A stretch of DNA of 64,000 nucleotides, from contig NW_024704743.1 of NCBI RefSeq assembly GCF_018977255.1, positions 24,926,001 to 24,990,000 on the forward strand, in the 5' to 3' direction. This DNA comes from Callorhinchus milii. Taxonomy: Eukaryota. Positions 50,701-64,000 of the stretch are shown in pieces. Below the pieces are notes generated by a model, which ran no database searches, was not told the origin of the DNA, and saw nothing but the letters and a program-made list of their open reading frames with translations. The first letter of the stretch is position 1, and every line of letters starts with the position of its first letter. The position numbers were made by a program, and so were the translations under genes.

Positions 50701-53700
50701 TGGAGACTACTGTATGCAAATTGGCTACTGGGTTTGCTTGAAAGATATACAGTTACTAAGCTAAACCATAAATTCTGTGAAGCTCTCTGACCCATCCTCA
50801 CAACATGAAAGGCACTAAATCAAATGCTAGGATTATTATTATTATTTATTATTATTCAATCCACATATGCTGTCTTTTTAATGGATGTGAAACCTCATTT
50901 TAACTGTCATCTTTTGATCTGCTACAATATCTCTTCTTGACATGTCCCTTAAAGGATCTAGATAGTCTTCAACATGCTGCCGACTGCTAATTAATTCTTT
51001 GGCTCCAGCTTGCCACTGTCTGCCATCAGTTTCTCTATTGCCCTCTTGTCTTTTCAAATGCTCCTTTTAGTTTTCTTCAATTGCTTTTTGATATGACTGC
51101 CAATCCTCACTCCCTTTCACTTCCTTATGTTAAGACATATTTTAGTTAGGCCTACAGATCTGTGTTAAAGTCATTCATTAATTGTGTCTTGCTCTCTTTA
51201 TGTGTTGTTCTTTTATCTAATAGGAATGTATTTTCCACCAAAACACAATCACTGAAATTTACTTTATCCTGTGATCCATTTTGGGACATCCTCCTGATAT
51301 GAAAGTCACTGTACCAAACATAAGAGTTATTATTACTATTATAAACCACAAGAAACCTACATCCTATTTTCTATTTCCACATTCGTATAACCTCTGAATG
51401 ACATTCATGAAAGAAAGGACCTAGAATTAAACAGCACAAGCCTTTTTCACTTAGGGCCCCCTCTTCTCTCCTCTGCTGAAAGGGAAGACGTTTACAACAT
51501 CACTCTGACCTGAATTCAAACCCAGGTCTCAGATGAAATAACAGGTCATAAATAATCAATTGAACCACTAAATTTATTTCTATCCAAATTTCAAGTTCAG
51601 TACAATATTATTTCTGTAACAAAACTTACAAAGCGACAGTAAGGAGTAGTTTTAAACTAATAGTTTGCTGAGGTTTTTCATCCGCCATCATTACTACATG
51701 GAGATTTTGCCCATACATTTATAGTAATCGGGGATTAACTTGCACGGTTTGCTATTGCTAGCCTTTATAATGAATTTCCTATTGCAAGTGTGGGACAAAA
51801 TATTCGCTAACATTCACGTACAAATACACAGTTACTATACTTTACAGAAAAACTTTGTGAAATGCTTTGAGATGTTTGTACATGATGATAATAATAATAA
51901 TAATCCTTATATTTGGTATAATGCTTTTCATGTCAGGAGAACATCCCAAAGCGCTTCTCAGGTTATAAAATGACTGTATGCATTTTGTGGGCAAATATGG
52001 CAGCCAATTTGCAGATAACAAACAGCCAAGGAATGAGTGAGCGATTTTATTTTGGAGGATTGCTGGCAAAGACATCAAGAGAAAACTTTTATTCTTTTCT
52101 AATAGTGATCTTTAAGGTCCATCTGAACAGGCATTATTATTGTTACTGTCTCACACTGTGAGGTTTAATGTCTCATCTGAAAGACGGCACCTTCAACAAT
52201 GCAGCACACCCCCAACACTGCAGTGAAGTGTCAGGCACTGAATTAAATGCAAATATGGCTAATTTAAGCAAACAACAACTTAGCTGCCAAATACCACCAT
52301 TATGAGGCCTAGCCTCAGTTCACAAATTGTTCTCAGAGTATTGGCCAATGTTTACCTTAATATTACCTAACACAGCTGATAAATCAAATAATATATTTGA
52401 TAATATATTTATTAGGATCTAGCCACTGAATCTCGTGGCTTTGGCAGACTCACAAAGGGTACTGGTACATTTAATGAAAATTACTGTTTCTACGCCAGTC
52501 ATGTCAATGCTCTCAATGACAAGAAAGATGTTGGAACTTGACTGTGAGGGAGCAGGCATGTTTACGTGTAAATTGTAGATTAAAAAGTACCAACATGATC
52601 TCTCTTATTTTTAAAACAGGCAAATTGCTTATATTAGTTTCTACTTAATTATATAACATTTAATCCTGCTTAAATGAATTTTCCTCCATTTGTCAGTACA
52701 ATTCCCAAACCACCTAAGTGAATACAGAAATAACCTATTGGCCCTCAGATTGATTTTTGCTTGCTTATTTGCACATTTCACCAAATCTGTCACTCTGAGA
52801 ATTAAAAATGCCTCCATTGTGGAAATATAAAGTCAATTGAAAGGTACGAGAGACAGAGAAATGTGTGATATTTGTCAAGGTTTAAGACAATGGGCCCAAT
52901 TTTATATAAACTGGATATTATTATATTATTATTCTAACAGCGCCTTGGGATATTCTCCCAACATAAAAGGCGCTATACAAATGTAATTTTGTATTGTGTT
53001 ATACAAAATGTTATTTTATTTTTAAAAATATTTTATATAAATTTTATATAAATTGTACATTATTATAGTATTATTATACAAACAATTATATATACATTTT
53101 ATTTAAAATGTAATTTATATCAGTTTTATAGAAATGGTATATTATTATAATATTAGTATTATACAAAACAACAAAGCTCAATGGGCACAATTGAGTCTCT
53201 GGTCTCTACACTCCGCCTATATTCCACTTAATTTTGTTTAAATTCTCCACACCATTTTCTTCACGTGATTTTATAGATCGCAAACTAAATCCAGAAACTC
53301 TAAAAGGATTAAACCCTATATTACCCCAAATAGATTTTGTTCATGAGTGTGAAGGACTCTCTCTAGGCATGTTCTGCACTTTACTCAGAGCACAGTACAT
53401 GTAAACAAGGACAGGATATGGCAAGTATTGCTAAACTGCGGAGTTTGGGCTTCTGGCTAATGGAAGCACTCAGTTTTGCAGGGAGTAAACTATCCTTTAT
53501 TAATCTTAGACTGTGAGGGAAATAAGCTATGTTTAGAGGTGCACTTTAATCTCAAAGCACTGTAGTGTTTGCAAAGATGGATAGTTAACAAAGCAAAAAC
53601 GATTTGATTTTTCAATTAAAAAAGAGGATATGCACATTGGATATCAGAATAAAACAATGGTGGCACTTGGTACCATACCTCAACTGTAGAACCACGGGAG

Positions 53701-54597
53701 TCCTGAAGTCAACTAAGCATTTCATAAAATTTTATATTCTGTTACAGCTCCTCAATTGCTTTATTTTCCTCCAATACTGTAATTTCACTCCTTTTTTTTA
53801 GATTCGCTAGATATTTTCAGTATATCCAGATTTGCTGGTGTTGATATCAGGCACGAAATAATGAACTGCTAATCTGTCACTGGTCCAGAATAATCAAATT
53901 GCATAAAAGAGCTCAATGTTGCCTCATTAGAATCCTTGTCTCCCGTGGAACATCTTGACACCAAACTCCTGACAATGAGCATTAACTGGATTCATGATAA
54001 TTATAGAAATTACAGCACAGAAGGAGACTGACTATTCGATACACGGAGTCTACGCTAGCTCTAGAGGAACAATAGATGGTACACTGATCCCAATTCCCTG
54101 CTCTTTCTTTTGTTCATCTTCAAATACACATCCAATTCCCTTTGAAATATTGAGCAGCAAAATTCTCATATTCAGTTTTACCTGCTGGAAACCTATTTTG
54201 CCATGGAATGTTGGAGTTATTTAAAGACCAGTTGAGAAGGATACTTGCAATAATATGTCACTGTTTTTCTGACCTGTAAACAATTATTTACTTCCCACCT
54301 CTTCCCTATAGATGAAAACTAGACACTTCATTTCAGAACAAGTACACAATGATTCGGCCAGGACATTGCCGACAACGTGTCAAATGCATAACTGCTGTCC
54401 CTTAGAGCAGAGAGGGTTAGGGTTAGATTTAATGGAGGTGTTTCAAATTATGAAGGAGTTTCATAGAGTTGATAGGGAGAAACTGTTTCCACTGGCAGGT
54501 GGGTCAGTAACCAGGACACATAGATGTAAAATAATTGGCAATAGAACCAGAGAGGAGATGAGGAGAAGTTGCTACAGTCTGGAATGCACTGCCTGAA

Positions 54598-54803
54598 ATA
54601 ATAATAATAATCCTTGCATTTGATATAGCGCTTTTCACGTCGGGAGGACGTCCCAAAGCGCTTCACAGAACACACTGTAAAGTGAATTGACTGTATATTT
54701 GTGGGCGAACGCGGCAGCCAATTGCGCACAGCAATGTCCCACAAACAGTCGTAGATTGAAAATGACCAATTTATTATTGTTTTGGGTTTTGGAGGGATTA
54801 TTA
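54598..54803 (-). mobile_element. 5'-truncated young SINE inserted in a CR1 3' fragment (54400-54995)
   Basis: Almost identical to 14364-14580. It interrupts the CR1 sequence gcactgcctgaa|aagggtggtggaa. Confidence 0.85.
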
Positions 54804-57789
54804 AGGGTGGTGGAAACAGGTTCAATGACAAGTTTCAAACGGGAATTAGATAGGTACTTGAAGAGGAAAACTTTGCAAGGATGTGGGGAAAGAGCGGGGG
54901 AGTGGGACTGATTGGGCAGCTCTTCCAAAGAACCGGCACAGGCACAATGGGCTGAATGGTCTCCTTCTGTGCTGTAATATTCAATGATTCTATGAACAGC
55001 ACATTAATCCTACAATACTGTTGTCAGCAGTTTGTCTGATTTGAGAACTGGAACACATACTGATATCTGAATAATTAACTTAAGGGAATTAAAGATACAA
55101 AAGCAGTTTCTACCTCCACAACAAAGGAACATTCAGTATTTGATGGGGTGAGTGGGGATGGAGGGTGATGAGAAACAGTTAACATAATCCTAGATAGTTG
55201 GGATTTACAGTGCATGTAAAATAATAGTTACCTTAATCAAATTCACTTAATTCAGAGGATTAGAAGGCAAAGCAAAAAACATGCTACAGTGGTTTATAAC
55301 TACCTATAGTATCGTGCCAGGCATGAGTGCTAATAGTTACGTGGGAAGACTTAAAAGGTAGGAACAGTAAGCAGGGATTTTAAATAGAGGTTTTCAAAAT
55401 TACGAATGGTTTTGATAGGGTAAAGAGAGAGATATTATATCTATTGCTAATAATATGGATGCAAGGATTATTATTATTAACTTGAGCATAACTGGAGGAG
55501 TTAACTGTTAATGCTATTAACATTCAAGGAAAAATAATATTAACAGGTAAAGGATAGAGCGCGTAGTTCCAATAGAGGAAATTTATACCAGCGCAGTAAC
55601 AATGGGTCAACTATACAGTCAATTCACTATCCAGTATATTCTGTGAAGTGCTTTGAGACATCTCGAAGATATGATGCAAGGATTATTATTATAATATAAT
55701 GTGTTTCAGAGAGTATAGAAACAGGCAAATTTTTCAATACGGCCTTTATTTTTATAATAATGATAATCCTTGCATTTGATATAGCACCTTATCAAGTCGT
55801 TGAGACGTCTCAAAGTGTTTCACAGAATATACTGTAAAGTGAATTGACTATATATTCTGTGGGCAAAAATCGGCAGCCAATTCCACACAGCAGTGTCCCA
55901 CAAACAGATGCGGATTGAGTGACCAAATTATTATTATTTTTAAAACATTTATTACGGTTTTCAGCACATTCTTTTTAAGAACTACAGAAAAACTCATTTA
56001 AAGTTAAGATTGAATTCAACACTTTCCCAAATTCTGGATGTTCTAAAATTTCTCTCTGTACATTTGGTGCCAATGGTAAATGCCAGTGCCCTTAACATGG
56101 GGTTATATTCACATCAAAACTCTTCGGTTTGGGAGATCAGAGATCAAAAAAATGTGTTCACTTTCCCGAACAGGTTACTGGCAGATTTTACAGTCTTTAC
56201 ATTGTTCATTTAAAGAAAAATGTAAACTGATCCTAAAGTACAAATGTAAATATGTCAATAAAAAAAACACACCCATACACTTAAACCAACCCAAAGTATG
56301 AGTCACCAGGGCAGGCCCCCAAGCTCAGTGTCTCCCACAAAGTACAGTAATATAGTAACCCACACATGCTGCCTTGACTGATGGACAAAACACAATATGA
56401 TTCACTATGGTTGTTAAAGGGAACATGGTGTCCTCTGGGGTTAAGACCTAATGTACTGGTGGAATGCTTCTTTGAAAGTAGTTCTGCCTCAACACTAGAA
56501 CGTTAGTGCAGGGCAGAGGGGAAATCACATCCAAAATTATGAAATACTAAAACTTGTTTACGGGAAATAGCCACTTGTCTAGGCAAGCTTCTGGGGGAGA
56601 GGTAAGTTGGGTTCTGAGGTCTGAGCTGGCTCCATGGCAATGTACTTAGCAACAGAATGTCACACTCAAGTCAACCCACTGTAGTCTCGGTATTCGGACA
56701 GGCGCGTCCACAGTACTCAAAGGTCCAGCCTAGCTTGTCAGCAGGACTTGGAGGGATAGACCAATCGCTGGGGGCAAGAATTCGTATTACTCAACTCCTG
56801 TTAATATTAGCAATAATAATCCTTGCATTTAATATAGCTCCTTATCACGTTTTCGAGACGTCTCAAACCCTGCAAACAAAAGCCCTAATAGGTCCTGGAC
56901 AACCAGGAGGAAACTTGTCAGACAGGGTTCTCAATGACAAGCTGTGCAGTTTTAGGTGGTCAAGCTCAAGCAGTTCCCAACACACACTTTGGGAGATTCA
57001 AACCTTGGCTCATGCCAACCTGCACCTAATACCCTCTCTGAGATTAGATAAGCGAGGTGTATTTCTCTGGGGAGAGAGTGTGTATTGCATTACAGACAGG
57101 GGAAATTTCCATTTGTGGATGGCATATATAATATATTTATATATATATATGAAATTCTTAATCTGGTTTCGGTACTCTTAAGCGTGACCGTGGGTTTATG
57201 CATGTGTCAACCACCTGGCTGACAGAAAAAAATAGACATTATAGTCTTTGAAACATACTGATATAAAAGTTGCTGGGTGTAGTTGGTAACCACAGCATGA
57301 CACCTGGCCCAGCCTGCCTAGCCATGTCTCCTCAAAACCAGTGGAACGCTATTCACCTCCCTCTCAAAGGAGGATATTTTTAGACATGGTATTCATCTTA
57401 TCGTCATCAAAAAAACCAAGAGCTGTGATTTGAACCAAGAACCTTTCAGCTCTAAGTCCAGTGCTCAACGGTGCAGCCACAGAACAGTGAAACACATTCC
57501 ATTCCCTCCCCCCAACTCTGCCCTGTTGTTGTTTTAACTTGCGCTGCCACGAAGAGTGGAAAAACACACAAGGTAAGTTTCTGATGCAACACAGAAGGGA
57601 TGCATTTGTGAGGGGAGGGAGGGTTACAGCTGCAGTTAAATGTAAAACGTAAACCGACATTGCAAGGAACAGTCATGGCTATAGAACAGAGTAGCGACTT
57701 GGGAGATAAAGAACAGAGTATATCCAGTAGGGACAAAAAGCTCAACAAAGGAAATAGGGCATTAATGAGTAGGGGAGAGTAGGGGAAAT

Positions 57790-60717
57790 AGTAAGAGGTC
57801 AAAATTAAAGGTGCTATATCTGAATGCACGAAGCATTCGTAACAAGATAAACAAATTAAGTGCACAAATAGACATAAATGGGTACAATCTAGTGGCTATT
57901 ACTGAGACGTGGTTACAGGGAGACCAAGGATGGGAGCTAAACATTCTGTGGTATTCAACGTATAGGAAAGATAGGCAATGTGGAAAACGAGGTGGGGGGT
58001 TAGCCCTGCTAATAATCAGAAATCAGGATGTAGAGTCAGTATGGGTGGAGGTAAGAAACAACAAGAGGCAGAAAACACTAGTGGGATTAGTTTATAGATG
58101 CCCAAACAACAGTTACAATAGTGGGCAAGGTAATAATCAGGGAATTAGAGGAGCATATAGCAAGGAGAATACACTAATAGTGGGTGATTTCAATCTTCAT
58201 ATAGACTGGGAAAACCAAATTGGCAAAAGTAAATTAGAGGATGAGTTTATAGGATAATAATAATAAAAATAATCCTTGCATTTGATATAGCGCTTTTCAC
58301 GTCTTCTAGACGTCCCAAAGCGCTTCACAGAATATACTATAAATGCATTAGAGAGAGTTTTCTAGAACAATATGCTGAGGAACCAACAGGGAACAGGCTA
58401 TCTTTGATCTTGTTTTGTGTAATGAAATAGGGCTAATCAGCAATCTGGAAGATAAGGCTCCTCTAGGGCAGAGTGATCAGTACATGATGGAATTTAACAT
58501 TAGAGAGTGATGTAGTTGAATCTGAAGCAAGGGTCTTAAATTTAAATAAAGGTAACTTTGCAGGTATGAGAGAAGATTTGGCTAAAATAGAGTGGGAAAT
58601 TAGATTAACAAATGATGATAGACCAGCAATGGCAAACGTTTAAAGATATAATACATAATTCCCAGTGACCACATATTCCCTTGAAAAATAAAAATACCAC
58701 AGTAAAAGTGGTTCAACCTTGACTAACTAGAGAAGTTAGGAAAAGTATAAAATTAAAAGAAGAGGCCTATAATACAGCCAAAAAGAGCAGTAAACATGAG
58801 GGAGGGCTTTAGAGATCAGCAAAAGAAAACCAAGTCACTGATTAAGAGGGAGAAAATGGAATATGAGGGTAAACTAGCTGGGAACATAAAGACAGATTGT
58901 AAGAGTTTTTACAAGTACATAAAGAGGAAGAGACTATCAAAAGTGAATGTGGATTCATTGCAGGCAGAGCCAGAAGAAATTATAACAGGGAATAAAGAAA
59001 TGGCAGTCATTAAACAAATATTTTGCTTCTGTCTTCACGTTAGGGGATACTGAAAAGTTATCGAAAATAGAGGGGATCCTGGAGGCTAATGTTAGTGAGG
59101 AACTTAAAGAAATGAACATCAGTAAAGCAATAGTGCTAGAGAAATTGATAAGATTAAAAAACGATAAATCCCCCAGACCTGATGGCCTGCATCCTAGGGT
59201 TTTAAAAGGGGTGGCTGCAAAGATAGTGGATGCTTTGTTTTTGATCTTCCAAAATTCCCTGGAATGGTTTCCATTGATTGGAAGGTCGCAAACTTAACGC
59301 CGCTATTTAAGAAGGGTGGGAGACAAAAAATGGGGAACTATAGACCAGTTAGTCTGACATCGGTGGCAGGGAAAATTCTAGAGTCCTTAACTAGGGACGT
59401 CGTCGTGGGGTACTTAGAAAATCATAATATGATTAGCCAGAGTTTTACGAAAGGGAAATCATGTTTAACAAATCTTTTAGAGTTTTTTGAGGATGTAACT
59501 AGCAGGTTAGATAGGGGGAACCAGTAGATGTGGTGTATTTGGATTTCCAGAAGGCATTTGACAAGGTGCCACATAAAAGGCTGTGGCATAAGATTAGAGC
59601 CCATGGAATTAAAGGTAATATATTAGTATGGATCGGAGAGTGGTTAACAGGAAGAAAACAGAGAGTAGGGATAAACGGGTCCTTCTCAGATTGGCAGGAT
59701 GTGACTAGTGGAGTGCCACAAGGATCAGTGCTTGGGCCTCAATTATTTACAGTCTATATCAATGATTTAGATGAGGAAATAGAACTTAACATATCTAAAT
59801 TCGCGGACGATACGAAGGTAGGTGGGAGAGTAAGCTGTGAGGATGACACACGAAGAATGCAAAGGGAAATAGACAGGCTAGGTGAGTGAGCCAGAAAGTG
59901 GCAGATGGAGTATAATGTGGGGAAGTGTGACATTATTCACCTAGGTAGTAGAAAAGCGGATTATTTTCTAGAGGGGGAGAGACGAAGTAGTGTTAGTGTT
60001 CAGAGGGATTTGGGTGTCCTTGTACACCAGTCACAAAAAGTTAGTATGTAGGTACAGGAAGCAACTAGGAAGGCTAATGCCATGTTGGCGTTGTTGCAAA
60101 AGGGTTAGAGTACAAGAGTAGGGAAGTCTTGCTGCAGTTATATAAGGCCTTGGTGAGACCGCACCTAGAATATTGTGTGCAGTTTTGGTCTCCTTATTTA
60201 AGAAAGGACATACTCGCCTTAGAAGGGGTGCAGCGTAGATTCACTAGTTTGGTTCCTGGGATGAGGGGTTTGACCTATGAGGATAGGTTGAGTAAACCAG
60301 GCCTATAATTCTCTAGAATATAGAAGAATTAGAGGTGATCTTATAGAAACCTATAAGATTCTTAAGGCTCTTGACAGGGTAGATGCCGTGAGACTGTTTC
60401 CCCTGGTTGGAGAATGTAAAACTAGGGGTCAAGATTAAGGATCAGCCTTTTTGAACTGAGTTGAGGAAACATTTCTTCACTCAGAGGGTAGTGAATTTGT
60501 GAAATTCTCTACCCCAGAAGGCTGTGGATGCTCAGTCCTTGAACATATTCAAGACTGAGGTTGATAGATTTTTAAAAACTGAAGGGCTTAAGGGATATGG
60601 GGTTAGGGCAGGTAAATAGAATTAGGTTAGAAGATCAGCCATGATCTTATTAAATGGCGGGGCAGGCTTGAGGGGCCGAATGGCCTACTCCTGCTCCTAT
60701 GTCATATGGTCTTATTC
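57790..60717 (+). mobile_element. Decayed CR1-clade LINE with near-complete ORF2 (AP endonuclease and reverse transcriptase), antisense within SH3BP5 intron 1
   Basis: Endonuclease motifs LYLNARSIRNK, AITETWL, VGDFN. RT motifs NYRPVSLTS, YLDFQKAFDKVPH, GVPQGSVLGP, KFADDT. Several frameshifts and stops. CR1-type 3' end ggccgaatggcctactcctgctccta. A SINE tail is inserted at 58255-58340. Confidence 0.93.
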
Positions 60718-62003
60718 GCTTGTCACCTTTCCCTCTACCATGGGTCTCTGGAGGTGTGCTGCCAGTGAGGCCTGGTGAGGCTGGGGTGGTGGTGGGATGG
60801 AATAAAGAGATTTTATACACACAAGTATATACATACAAAATTTAAACCAGCAGATTTTTATTCAGTGCTGATCCTGAACACTATTCATTTTAGCCACAAC
60901 ACGACGTTACACAGTTTTTCCTGACCTTTTCTACTTGGGTAGGAACTCCCAGTGGAGGCGTTTTTTTTTACAAGAATACTGTTAGTTCCTATTTTAAACC
61001 TCACACAGTACCAGTACGTTAACCATTTACTATCCAGTTCTGTATAAGCATTGGAGCTCTGTAGGTAGCCAAAATCAACAGCCAAGGAGCATGCCATTCT
61101 TTATACACAGCACTGCAAGCACCATTATCTGAATAGCGACAGGGCACAATTTCCTGTTTATGAGGAACTAGAATTAAATTAAAGTTGGATTCATTATGAT
61201 ACAACACCCAGGTTTCAGTTTGTAATTGTAATCTGACAAGCACCTTAAAATACACAGTCAATGCACTCCACAGTAAATCTTGCAATAAGCCGTTTGAAGA
61301 AAAGTCATTTTAAAAAATAATAATTTGGTCACTCAATCCATGGCTGTTTGTGGGATGCTGCTGTGCCCAATTGCTGCCATGTTTCACCCACAAAATATAC
61401 AGTCAATTCAATTCACAATACATCTGTGAAGCGCTTTGAGACGTGTCAACGACATGATAAGGCACTATATCAAATGCAAGGATTATTATAGTATATTATA
61501 AAAGAAATGTTAAAGTTGCATCAAATTTAATATTGCAACTGCTAAACTATTAAACAATGGCCCTGTGGTTTTCAGGATCATTTAGAACAAAGCAGAAACA
61601 TTTCAATTCCACACTGCTTTCTTTTGCTGGAAAGGAAATAGGAAGGAAATAAACGATGGCTTCACTGATCTTCCTACAAATAGCCTGAACTCCTGGAAAA
61701 CTATTCATTTCATACCCTTTTTTTCTGAGACTGTGCCTAAATGAACAGGGTTTGCAAGACATTTTTCAGACATCTCAACAACGTGACAAAGCTCTACATC
61801 AAACACAAGGTTCATTGTTATTATTTTACAAATAAAATCTAACAGTGGATTATAGCGTGATTCGCTGTTACACTGAAAGTCAGACGGTGAACCTTTCTCT
61901 CTCTCCCCCTCCTTCTTCTCGCTCACTGAAGGAGGCAGCAAATCTGAAACATGCCAATAAACAAGGCGACGAAATAACCATTGGAATAAAAATAAAAGTC
62001 TAC

Positions 62004-62081
62004 CTGGATTCTCGGATCCACTTCTTCCTCCTCCTCTTCTGGCGCCTGGATCACTTTGCTTCCTCGCGATAAACCGTCCAT
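62004..62081 (-). CDS. SH3BP5: SH3BP5 first coding exon (MDGLSRGSKVIQAPEEEEEEVDPRIQ)
   Basis: ATG at 62081 (aagATGG context), acidic tract plus VDPRIQ typical of SH3BP5, gtagac donor. 78 nt. Confidence 0.93.
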
Positions 62082-63900
62082 CTTATTGCTGTTTTCTTTT
62101 AATTTTTTGGGTTGGAATTAAAAATATTTACAAATTTCAACAATGCAAAATACGGGAAAGTGTGGGGGTGGGGTTATTACATTAAAAAAAAGAGGCAATT
62201 AAGGATCTATGTAGATTGTGTATATGTGTATAAAAATATATATGAAACCAAGAAAAAATGACTGAAAGCAGAAAGGCAAAGAGGAGTGAGTGAGAGAGTG
62301 AGTGAGTGAGTGAGTGAGAGAGAGGATGTGTTTGGGGGCAAAGCTCAGAGGCAACATCTGGATTGCATTCTGTAACAACAGCTGGAGAGCAGACCTTCCC
62401 CTCCTCTCTCAGAGAGAGAGAGAAAAAAATTCCACGCAACCAGGGCAGGAAACACCCTAAATCACTGTTGATATGTGTGCGGGGAATAAAAGAGAAAACA
62501 TGAGCTGAGGCTGAGGCTGAAGGGTCGGTGGACACAGCCTCCGCCCTGTGATTTCACCTTCTCTGTCCTGAGAGGAAAATCCTACTGACGTCTCTGGTCT
62601 AATCTTCCCTTTCCTTTCTGAGCTCCAGTGAGGAGGATCTGCTCTGTGTGTGTGTGTGTGTGGCTGCTCTGCTCTGTGTGTGTGTCTGGCTGCTCTGCTC
62701 TGTGTGTGTGTGTGTCTGTCTGTCTGCTCTGTGTGTGTGTGTCTGTCTGCTCTGTGTGTGTGTGTCTGTCTGCTCTGTGTGTGTGTGTGTGTGGCTGCTC
62801 TGCTCTGTGTGTGTCTGGCTGCTCTGCTCTGTGTGTGTGTCTATCTGGCTGCTCTGTGTGTGTGTCTATCTGGCTGCTCTGTGTGTGTGTGTCTCTGTCT
62901 GGCTGCTCTGCTCTGTGTGTGTGTCTGTCTGCTCTGATCTGTGTGTCTGTCTGGTTGCTCTGTGTGTGTGTGTGTCTGGCTGCTCTGCTCTGTGTGTGTG
63001 TCTATCTGGCTGCTCTGTGTGTGTGTGTGTCTGTCTGGCTGCTCTGCTCTGTGTGTGTGTCTGGCTGCTCTGTGTGTGTGTGTGTGTCTGGCTGCTCTGA
63101 TCTGTGTGTGTGTCTGGCTGCTCTGTGTGTGTGTGTCTGTCTGGCTGCTCTGATCTCTGTGTGTGTGTCTGTCTGCTCTGCTCTGTGTGTGTGTGTGTCT
63201 CTGTCTGTCTGCTCTGTGTGTGTGTGTGTCTCTGTCTGGCTGTCTGCTCTGTGTCTCTGTCTGTCTGCTCTGTGTGTGTGTGTGTGTCTGTCTGTCTGCT
63301 CTGTGTGTGTGTGTGTGTCTCTGTCTGTCTGCTCTGTGTGTGTGTGTGTGTCTGTCTGTCTGCTCTGTGTGTGTGTGTGTGTCTCAGTCTGTCTGTCTGT
63401 CTGCTGTGTGTGTGTATCTGTCTATCTGCTCTTTATGTGTGTGTGTGTGCAATCCCTGTCTGTGTGTGTGTGTGCAGTCCCTGTCTCTGTCTGTTTGCTC
63501 TGTGTGTGTGTCTCTGTCTGTCTGTCGGCTGTGTGTGTGTGTGTGTGTCTGTCTGCTCTGTGTGTGTGTGTGTGTGAGTGCAGTCCCTGTCTCTGTGTGA
63601 GTGCAGTCCCTGTGTGTGTGAGTGCAGTCCCTGTGTGTGTGTGAGTGCAATCCCTGTCTGTGTGTGTGTGTGAGTGCAGTCCCTGTGTGTGAGTGCTGTG
63701 TGTGCTGTGCTGTGCTGTGTTGGCTGCTGTCACCCCTCTGCTCTCCTCCTATCGCCGCCGCTTTGTTACAGCGTTTTCACCGCAACATCGAGTCACCTCT
63801 CAGCAAAATCCGCCCCTTCCGATCATCTCAGTGCAGCGCAACACAGACAGCACCACAGGAGGGTCAGTGCAACCTTCTCAACACCACTGTACAGCCAACT
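62082..63900 (-). promoter_or_regulatory. SH3BP5 5' UTR and promoter region
   Basis: Immediately upstream of the ATG. CRE-like TGACGTCT at 62586, CpG-richer patch at 63750-63840 with a GC box CCGCCCC near 63810. The TSS cannot be determined. Confidence 0.5.
62640..63722. repeat. Compound (GT)n-based minisatellite with CTGCTCT(GT)n units, switching to GTGCAGTCCCT(GT)n units after about 63440
   Basis: Directly visible. It accounts for all the Cys/Val-rich and Thr/His-rich ORFs at 62628-63733. Confidence 0.97.
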
Positions 63901-64000
63901 TCCCTCACTCCCTCACTCCCTCAGTCAGTCACTCACTCACTCACTCCCTCACTCACTCAGTCACTCACTCACTCACTCCCTCAGTCACTCACTCACTCCC
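63900..64000. repeat. (TCAC)n/(TCCC)n simple repeat running off the window end; its reverse-complement type (GAGT)n occurs at 62283-62320
   Basis: Directly visible. Confidence 0.9.

Noticed and set aside
52900..53170. AT-rich quasi-palindromic tract with a local duplication
   Set aside because: Low-complexity sequence grown from a LINE tail, with no specific structure.
57811..59889. Functional reverse transcriptase or endonuclease gene
   Set aside because: CR1 ORF2 is broken by several stops, frameshifts and a SINE insertion.
62628..63733. Long Cys/Val-rich and Thr/His-rich ORFs (up to 338 aa)
   Set aside because: They are translations of a (GT)n minisatellite that lacks stop codons by composition.

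Overview
Vertebrate genomic DNA, most likely from a cartilaginous fish. This is inferred from the repeat content (Deu-type tRNA-SINEs, L2 and CR1 LINEs, shark-type palindromic elements) and from protein divergence; the species is not determined. Two genes lie tail to tail, as in human. The last six coding exons of calpain-7 (CAPN7) are on the + strand (764-12636). The complete nine-exon coding sequence of SH3BP5/Sab is on the - strand (ATG at 62081, stop at 17246, 416 aa). All exons were delimited by hand from GT-AG sites with consistent phases, and almost every ORF in the supplied track is spurious or repeat-derived. The introns hold many nested retroposons, including a decayed ~2.9 kb CR1 ORF2 at 57.8-60.7 kb, and a ~1.1 kb compound (GT)n minisatellite lies upstream of SH3BP5. 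The most notable observations are: (1) SH3BP5 lacks the six residues of the JNK-docking KIM1 motif; (2) palindromic Penelope-like elements with hammerhead-ribozyme remnants are flanked by variable-length target-site duplications; (3) a ~700 bp A-tailed non-coding retroposon family has LF-SINE-like blocks; (4) a mixed-orientation 17-mer repeat cluster sits between the two 3' ends. Comparisons with human proteins and repeat consensuses are from memory and need database confirmation.
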